Below are positions 37,301 through 64,000 of a stretch of DNA of 64,000 nucleotides, piece after piece; within the stretch, counting starts at the first letter, position 1; the number at the start of each line of letters is the position of its first letter. The DNA lies in NCBI GenBank assembly GCA_036172245.1, contig JAYWIR010000006.1, forward strand, positions 3,720,001 to 3,784,000, written 5' to 3'. The translations under genes were made by a program, and so were the position numbers. Source of the DNA: Raillietiella orientalis (taxonomy: Eukaryota). The notes beneath the pieces were generated by a model that saw only the letters and a list, made by a program, of their open reading frames with translations, was not told where the DNA came from and did no database searches.

Positions 37301-38828
37301 CCGTCAGCCGCTACCTGTCGCGGCACAGGGGCAGCGCCTGCGGCGACTCGGACGACAGCAGTCCTCGCAGCAGTGTCGCCGCCGCTGCCCCCTCCTACAC
37401 GAGCCGTTTTTTAAACCGGTCGAAGAGCTCTGCCGCGATCGCCGAGGTGGAGGACCGCCTGGCGAAGAGCAAGGCGGCGGAGGACTGCTGGCAGCCGCCA
37501 GGTAGATCGAGATACGGGTCCCTGAAGGAGCGCAGGTCTCGATTCGCCCGCAGCAAGAGCTCGGCCGAGATGATGGAGAACGACGAGAACGACCAGGAGC
37601 AGGCGGGGGAGCCCGGGGCGGCCGCTCCTCCCCTTTCCTCTCACAGGAGGGGGAGCGGGGAGGACCCCCTCGACCCCAAGGACGCGGTCACGTCGTGGGC
37701 GAGCTACCTCAAGAGCAGATACGGGGGGGGGAGGTGCGCCGTCGGCAGGAGCCACAGCTCCGCGGCGCTGCGCTCCTCTCAGGAGATGAGCTCGGACGAT
37801 AACACCTCGGACGGCGAGGACGGCGGCCCTCCCGGCGCCTCGGTGCCCTGCAACCACTCCCAGTACCTGGCCAAGAAGAAGATGCTGTTCAAGTTCGGGG
37901 GAAGAGGCAGCGAGCGGGGCCACTTCACGTGGCCCCGGGGCATCGCGGTCGGACCGAAAGACCGCATCGTCGTTGCCGACTCCAGCAACCACCGCGTGCA
38001 GGTCTTCAGCCCGGACGGCACCTTCATCAAGGAGTTCGGCTCCTACGGGACTGGGGAAGGGGAGTTCGACTGCCTGGCCGGGGTCACCGTCAACCGTATC
38101 GGCCAGTACATCATCGCCGATCGGTACAACCACCGCATCCAGATCTTCGACCCTTCGGGCCGCTTCCTGCGGACCTTCGGCTGCCAGGGGAGCACCGACG
38201 GCAAGTTCAACTACCCCTGGGGGCTGGCCACCGACAGCCTTGGGTTCATCTACGTCTGCGACAAGGAGAACCACCGCGTGCAGGTCGGTCGGTCCCTCGC
38301 TCCGGCGCGCGCGCCCCCAGCTGACCGACTGCCTCCGGCCGCAGGTCTTCCAGTCCGACGGGACCTTCGTTGGGAAGTTCGGCACCTTCGGGAACGGAAT
38401 CGGACAGCTGGAGCACCCCCACTACATCGCCATCAGCAACGCCAACAGGGTCATCGTGTCGGATTCCAGCAACCACCGCATCCAGATCTTCGACGTCAAC
38501 GGGCAGCTGCTGTTCACCGTCGGCAGGGAGGGCTCGGACGAAGGGCAGTTCAAGTTTCCGAGGTATGCGCGCCGCCCTGCCACCAGCGCCCCCTCGAAAG
38601 GGCGTCCCTTGCAGGGGGATCGCCGTCGACGATGCCGGCTACATCATCGTGGGCGACGCCGGCAACAACCGAATCCAGATCTTCTCCTCCGATGGGCAGT
38701 TCGTCCGGTGCTTCGGCACATGGGGCAACGCCGACGGGGAGTTCAAGGGACTCGAAGGAGTGGCGGTCAACTCGTCCGGAAACGTCTTCGTGTGCGACCG
38801 CGAGAACCACCGCATCCAGATGTTCTGA
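34330..38828 (+). CDS. tn: TRIM-NHL E3 ligase (RING, B-box, coiled coil, long Ser/Glu-rich linker, NHL repeats), thin/abba/nhl-1 type; exons 34330-38283, 38345-38562, 38615-38828; 1461 aa
   Basis: The N-terminus [34 protein letters not shown]...LQRFLELHIEITGELPDPT matches Drosophila thin/abba as I recall it. NHL repeats include FTWPRGIAV...DSSNHRVQVF. Two short GT-AG introns join the three frames; total 4386 nt. Probable 5'UTR intron at 34105-34297. Confidence 0.93.
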
Positions 38829-41800
38829 AGAGGTGGGGAGTGCGACCGGGAGACGCGCGCCCCCTGCGAAGGGGCGCTGTCGGCGATCGAAGAAGCTTTC
38901 GTGCGACGCTGGTGTTGCCATTGGGGGTTCGTCTTGTCGGCCGCCGGGCCGAAAGCAGGAGGGTGGAAGGGGGGGGGGGGAGAATGCTGGTTTCCTCGCC
39001 ATCCGGAAGGAGGGATCCCCTTCTTCCCCCCGTCGCCGTCCAAGGCCGGGAGTATGGGAGTTCGCGCCGTCGCCGGGATTGGAAGTGGACCCTCCGGTTG
39101 TGAAACCGAGAAGGAAGAAGATCCCCCTCCACCGCGTACCACGGGGGGCGCCCTCCGTTGGTACCTCCCTAGGGAGACCGGGTCTTCCTTTGGGGAGCGG
39201 ACCCTTCAGAGACATTGGGAAGCACCTCTTCAGGATTCTTTTCTGAGGAGGAGGAAATCAGGAGCGGTCCCCTTGCGAGTCCCTCCGGAGAGAACAAGAG
39301 GGGCTTTCCCTTCGGGGTTCCCTTCTGGGACAACCAGGGCGGAGGGTTCCCGTCGGGACCCCCTCCCAAGCGTCAGAGAGGGACGGACTCGTCCTCCCTC
39401 CTGAGCCCTTCCTGAATTCATAGGGTGGCCCCCTCCCGGGGTAGCCCTCCCTACAACCTGAAGAGCTGCACGCACCCTCTGATGGCGTGTCAAAGAGTTT
39501 CGCGAGCCCCCGGGAGAACAGTTCTTCGGCGCCTGGCGGACCAAAAGGAAGAACAGGGAAGAGAAGGAAGACGCGTCGGAAATGGACACGCGAGAGTGGG
39601 GCGGCGGAGCGCTGCCTTTCTGTCGTCCCAAGTGCGGAGGCAAACGGACGAGTTCGCACGCTCCTCCCGCCTAGTTGCTTGGTGCGAGCCTCAGATGGCA
39701 CGCGACTCCGCCAGTCGCGCTTTCCAAAGCCAAGTGCGAAAAGACGCACCAATGAGGTCGGGGGGAGGGGAGGGGGGGGGGGGCTCACAACCTTCCGGTC
39801 CGGAGGAAAAGCTGGCAAACCGCGCGGAGAGGCGCGCCTGGCCGTCTCGCCTTCTGCCACGCGTTGGCCGTAGAATCTCTCCAGCGAAGACTCGGGTCTG
39901 TTGCAACCTTCCGGCTCGACGGTTGCCACGGACGAAGCTGCTCTCCGCGCACCCCATTGAGGCGCGCCGCCTCGCATCGTGGCTGCTAGTGACCAGGAGG
40001 GCTCGGCGACCGCTTTCGCAACGGCAGACCCACCCGGAAATTCGGACTCGTCGCCCCCGCCCCTTTCGGTGGGAAGGCCCACGAGCCCTCGGCAGCGGCT
40101 TGAATAGCCGACGGTGCCTACGATTCTGGAATCGCACCTCGTGAACGGTGAGTGTGGGAATGAACAGGATTCGGGCGTGGACGCCTTGCACCCGCCACCG
40201 CACCGGCGCCTCCTCCCGAAGACACGACAGTTTCGTTCTCGGACGAACGGGGTTCAAGATGGCGTCCGACGCGGCGCTGCCATGGCTGCAAGCGAAGTCG
40301 GACTCGGCTGCTTTCGCGTCAGACGATCGTGGGAAGCACGACGAACGCCTCCCGGTTTGCTGCAGGTCCTCGCTTCGAGAGGAAGCTGTCGTAAGAAGCC
40401 AAGGGACTCCAGGACATAAACAAACAAGGTGCTTTGAAGCTGCGGAATTCTTGCAGGCGGAAGCTGGCAGCGGCGAGGCAGAAACACGGCGCGTGGTCAG
40501 GTGGCGGCTGAAGAAGGAACGCTGAAAACGCCGCGAATCGACTGAAGAGAAAAATCGTTTTTGCCGACGACGTCACTCGCCGCAGGCCAGCAGCAAGCTG
40601 ATGCGAATTTCCGACGTATGCCTTTCTGACATCAAGCAGGGGAAGAGTTCACCGCAGACTTCTGGGGTCTCGTCCGACCGCCCCGAGGCGGCTGGCAGGA
40701 AGCACGAAAACTCGTCCCAACTCGTCTCTGAACTGGAACTGGTCCTTGAACTGGGAGGCGAAATACAACATGAACGACAAAAACGCCCCGGGAGGCCGCG
40801 GGAATCCTCCAAGAGTGGTCCAGTCTCTGCTGTGGGGAGAGTGAGGCTCCCAAGTAACCGCATACCACAAGCGGCGTTGTGGTCTGGGTGACGCTGCGGC
40901 CAACCATGACAGCTGCGAGCTCGTTGAGGTGATTTTCTTGTCATTCGGTGCGACTTCTTGCTTCGCCTGGAGGATGCGGACGTCGCGCACATCTCCAGGG
41001 CTCAGCTGTTAGCAGGGCGGTTCAACTCAAAGACTTATCAAGGAAGCGGATAATGGCAACAACTCTCGTGAAACGAATTTCGGCATGGATACCAATTACA
41101 ACGCCGCAGGGCAAGACTTCCAGAAGTAAGGAGATACGGGATTTCGGCATGAGCGATGTAGGGAAAAGGTCTATTAACAATCCTGAAGAATTTTACGATG
41201 CCGGATATTCACAGAGCTGCTGTGAGGACGGCGGAACAAGCAGCTTCCGAAGAGCAATGAAGGTGTGGCGGTGGTAGAATTTCTGGAGGCGGCCACTGGC
41301 GCCACGCGCGGAACGAAGCACACCCACGGACGAATCCAGAAACACCTCAAGGGTGCGACGCCAGCTGGGCTTTCCAGCTCGCCGCCAGCAGCGACCGCAA
41401 AGTCTCGGTGCGAACCGCTTCTCACGGATAGCGGAATCTGCCGACAGGAGGAGAACCGGTGGACACCCGCCGCTGCCAAGAACCACCACATCCGCAGCGC
41501 AGGACGATGCCTCTGCTCTTGCAAACATTTGCCTAAGGGTGCTTACTACCGGGCAAACCTTACGAGACTCCTGAGGGAGAGGACGACGACCCCGTCTCCG
41601 GATGACCGCCGCCCTTCTCCCGAGAGGCCCATCCACCTCGACTGCGTCGCTTTTGCCGCCGCCACCTTTGGAGCACCCACCGCGCCCGCCCGCCCTCCTA
41701 CTCCTGCCGATCAAATAACACCGCGCGGTGGCGCCGAGCGTAATCGTGCGCGATGGCAGCGTATCCAACACGGTTCGCCAAATATATCCCGTGTTGCCGT

Positions 41801-43899
41801 GTCTCCGGTTTCCATCCCTGATTCTCGCGGAAAAACCTGGTTCTGACGTGCGCCATTTAGCGCAAAGTTCTCCGGGAACAGCGCCGAACTCGCGCGCGCA
41901 GATCAGGATCCTGCTGGAAGGTGGTGGTATGTGTGTGTGTGGGGGGGGGGGGGGAGGGGGTTGCTCCGGCCCTGCCGCCACCCGAGTCTCGCAGTCTCCC
42001 GGATTTATAAGTCATGACGCGTTTTTAAGCCAGGAGGAGGAGGAGGAGGAGGAGGGGGGAGGATTGATGCGCTCCCTTTTCTCCAAAAATAGGAGCAGCT
42101 CCGCATCATACCACAAATCGTCACTACGCGAGGTTTCGTTTCGCCTCAAATCAACGCCGAAGCACACTTTCGTGGGGCAGCAGCCACACCTCCCACGAAA
42201 CCACGAGCACGCCGGAAAATGAAAAAAAATTCCTCTGCGGTTGGCGCTGCGTAGGAACGTGGGGACACTTTTGAACGCGGAAGAGTTCCCTGGAAGGGGG
42301 GAGGGGCAAACCTGCGTTGTTGCCAGCGGGTCAATGGGTTGGAAAAGGGTGGAGGTGGAGCGGGTCCGGCACCACGACCCGCACCAACTCCGCCGCTCGG
42401 GAGGCGCCCGCCCGAGCCAGGCGAACGGACGCGGCGCCGCAGGTATCCCTTCGGCAGGGAACTGTTCGCCTCCGTCTCGCGCCTTCCGCGCGGAGAGCCC
42501 CCGCGTCCTCCCTTTCCCGCGTGGCCTCGCGCCACCGCGCGAGGAACGCGTGCGACGGTCAACGGGCGACAGCGCACGGACGCCCGTGTCTTCCTTCCTG
42601 CCTCGCCGACCCTCGCGTTCACCCTCCCTCTGGCTCTGGCTTCGGCGAAGAGGTCGAGGCGCGGTCCGGTCGGGGGAAGCTGCGGGCGCCTCGCGGATCG
42701 CCACCGCCACGATGGGGGCCCGGCGCAACCCCGCACGGCCCACGCCCTCCGGATGACCGCTTGGCTTTCCGACCCCGCCCTGGGCGCCGCTGAGCGGCGA
42801 CGGCGGGGAAACACGAGGACGAGCCAGTCGGCGGCGGCAGCAGGAAACGCGGTCGTCCTCACCATCTGCGGGATGCTCTTCGAAAAGCTCACGGCTTTTG
42901 GAAAGATCACAGCCGACCTTTTGGATCGGAATTCTCAGAGCGCTTCGCTCGAATATTTCTTCTTTTCTTTTCTTTCCCTCTTTGCTTTTATTTTGAATTG
43001 CCAACACGCACAAAGTCGTCAGTTAGAAAAGCATTTGAAAGGTTGCAATTTACCTTCATTTTGCATTTCTCCTATTAATTGCTTTCTGAAATGAATTTTT
43101 CGTTAGAATGCAAATAACACTTCAGGCCTGTAAAGTAACAATTTTATTTAACTGCGCACATTCCAAATCACAGTGATAATTAAGAAACAAGGTACTCTCA
43201 CAAAGAGTCAAGCAAGCACAATTGAACACGAAAGTTCCAACGGCAGAAGACCCGATCCTGGACCTCGTCCGACCCGGGGGCGTTCGGTCGCTGAAGGTGT
43301 GCTGCACAACGAGCGGGAAAAGCAAGGGGGTGCGGGGCGGGGCGGGAGGACTGCGCAAGCAGCCCTTGCTCGGCTCTCCCACGTGGGATTCACATTTCGG
43401 GGAACGGGGCGGTTCCGCACGTTCGGGCAAGGAGCGACCAAGGGCGTCCGAGATGCGCAGGAGCAGTCAGCCACACGACCACGTTGGCCGCTGCCTCCAT
43501 CAGATCACGGCACTCAAGATCTCTTTCCGGGTACGGATGTGATCTGCAAGCATCGGTTTACTTGGAAAGATCCACTGCGGGACAGAGAGGCCGCTGCTGC
43601 AAAGCAAACCACTGACTGCTGTCTCTTTTGAAACAAGAAGAAACGCAAAGCACTCTTCTGGGGTTCCGTTTCACCCTTCTGGGGGTCGGTTCAGCTCCTC
43701 GGCCTCGGTGCTCGGGGTGAAACGGTACTCAAGTGGAAGAGAATGCTGGTTCGATGGTGCACGGCGGCAGCAACAAAAGACAGTTCCGCCGTGTATTCTG
43801 TACGGTGGTCCCGGTAAAATACACAAACAACGAAACTCGCAACGAACGGCGAAGTGTGGAGCGTGCTTTCGTCCCCCCCCCCCCCCTCCCCCACAAGAG

Positions 43900-43935
<36 letters not shown>
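43900..43935. repeat. Poly(A) run of about 36 nt, preceded by a poly(C) run
   Basis: Seen directly in the sequence. Confidence 0.9.
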
Positions 43936-43937
<2 letters not shown>

Positions 43938-44499
43938 AACACGCATGCGACGTGAGAAAAACGGCCTAAGGCGAACCACCCTATTCACGTGCCACGGTCG
44001 CACGTGCTGCGTCTTCTGCTGCGAGCGACTCGTGCTGTCCTTCTGGGACGGGGAAGGTCTTCCAGGTTCCCGTGGAGCCGCTTGCGCCTTTCAGGGACCT
44101 CCCCCTCCGAGGGAGCTTGCGTTCGTGGAGAGGGCATGCAGCAGGTGGTACGCAAGAAGACCAACGTGCGTGTGCGTACGTACCCATCGCAAGATGGTGC
44201 GGAACGGCCTCGCAACAGAAACCTGCCGATGGGGGACTTCCGGAGAGACTGAGCCGACCTCCGGATTTTCGATTCACCGATGCGCAGGAGCCCTCGAGGC
44301 GATCGGGGAAGATTCGCCTTACGGGAAACCCCGCAGATCCTCTGACGTTCTGGAGGCACGTTTCAGGCGTGGTTGTGGAGAAATGCAACACATGAGCTCG
44401 GCGCTCTCAGCTCAGGTGATCCTCGGTTTGCACGAGGAGGGAGAGACAAACAAAACAAAACCAAAAACAAAAACAAAAAAAGCTCTGGTGGAGATCCTT

Positions 44500-44685
44500 T
44501 GACAATTTTATTGAAAAATACTGTATGGACGTACATTCAAATAAAAAATACATTTCTCGAAATTGTATATTTACTGTATATTTCAAACTGTATATATGAT
44601 CATCACCATTGTATAATGTGTGAATGATAAAAATTTTTATGACGAATTAAATAAAATAAACTTTAATCAATACAAATAACTTGCT
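44500..44685. terminator. AT-rich island with polyadenylation signals on both strands; probable 3' end of Mi-2 and of a plus-strand transcript
   Basis: Minus-strand AATAAA (tttatt) near 44507-44512; plus-strand AATAAA near 44540 and 44650-44660. The island sits in GC-rich DNA just downstream of the last recognisable Mi-2 exon. Confidence 0.5.
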
Positions 44686-45153
44686 TTTTGCTCAGATCTT
44701 GGACTCCGGGAACTAAAGCTGAGTTGTGTGCAGAAGGGAAGGATCCTAGAAAATCATCACGGGTAAGCAATTTCGACATACAAAATTGGTCATCCGGGAG
44801 ATGCAACTCAGTCCGGGAGGCAATCAAACTGCTCCGCGTGCCTTTTGCATCACGGCGCGCGCGCTCCCCCGCTCGCCACTCACGCTGCGCACGCACTGCT
44901 TTCGTGCTTCGTTTCGTCTTCCGAAGAACACGAAAAGAACAGCGGAAGGGCACGCGAGCTCTCGGCCTGCGACCCTCAATTACAGTATGTAAATTTACAG
45001 CACGCATAGAAAGCCAGTGCGCTAAACAAATAAGAGTGAGAGTCGGCGATTTTCCTCATTATTCCCTTCCCCCCCCCCCCCTTTTCTTCCTCCTCTTCTC
45101 GGAGAGAATGCTCAGTAACGTGAAAAGAAATCGTTGGGAAAAAAAAAGGTTAC

Positions 45154-63814
<18,661 letters not shown>

Positions 63815-64000
63815 CTATAAAATGAAAGAATTAAGAAACAGGCAAGGCAGACCAATGGTAACTCAAAATACACCACACAGATGCATTAAAGATGACACCA
63901 CAACAATAATGTTGATAGGATTCCCAACATTATGAACTTTTTAATAGCATCACTTTCACAAGTATCCACACAGCTACCAGATTGAATACTGTTACACAGA

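Noticed and set aside
33670..39246. The 1858-aa ORF as a single protein
   Set aside because: The conserved protein starts at ATG 34330, and the NHL repeats continue only after splicing at 38283. The extensions are UTR or intron read-through.

Overview
Eukaryotic genomic DNA, probably from an arthropod (inferred from the gene orthologues). Bases ~380-11241 hold two decayed, related but distinct Tx1/L1-clade non-LTR retrotransposons in head-to-tail tandem on the minus strand. Each begins with a U1 snRNA-derived head of about 150-164 nt. Both heads keep the U1A loop and the Sm site, have an eroded 5' splice-site recognition sequence, and share a non-canonical loop I. This is the most unusual feature of the window. 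A third, 5'-truncated LINE sits antisense inside the second element between exact 16-bp target-site duplications. Host genes follow: a short, divergent cytospin/SPECC1-like CH-domain gene (+); SSR3/TRAP-gamma (+), whose last intron is a U12-type minor intron; a very GC-rich TRIM-NHL gene of the thin/abba/nhl-1 type (+); and most of a Mi-2/CHD3-4 remodeller gene (-), which runs off the right end. AT-rich, CpG-poor gene bodies flank a roughly 25-kb GC- and CpG-rich domain.
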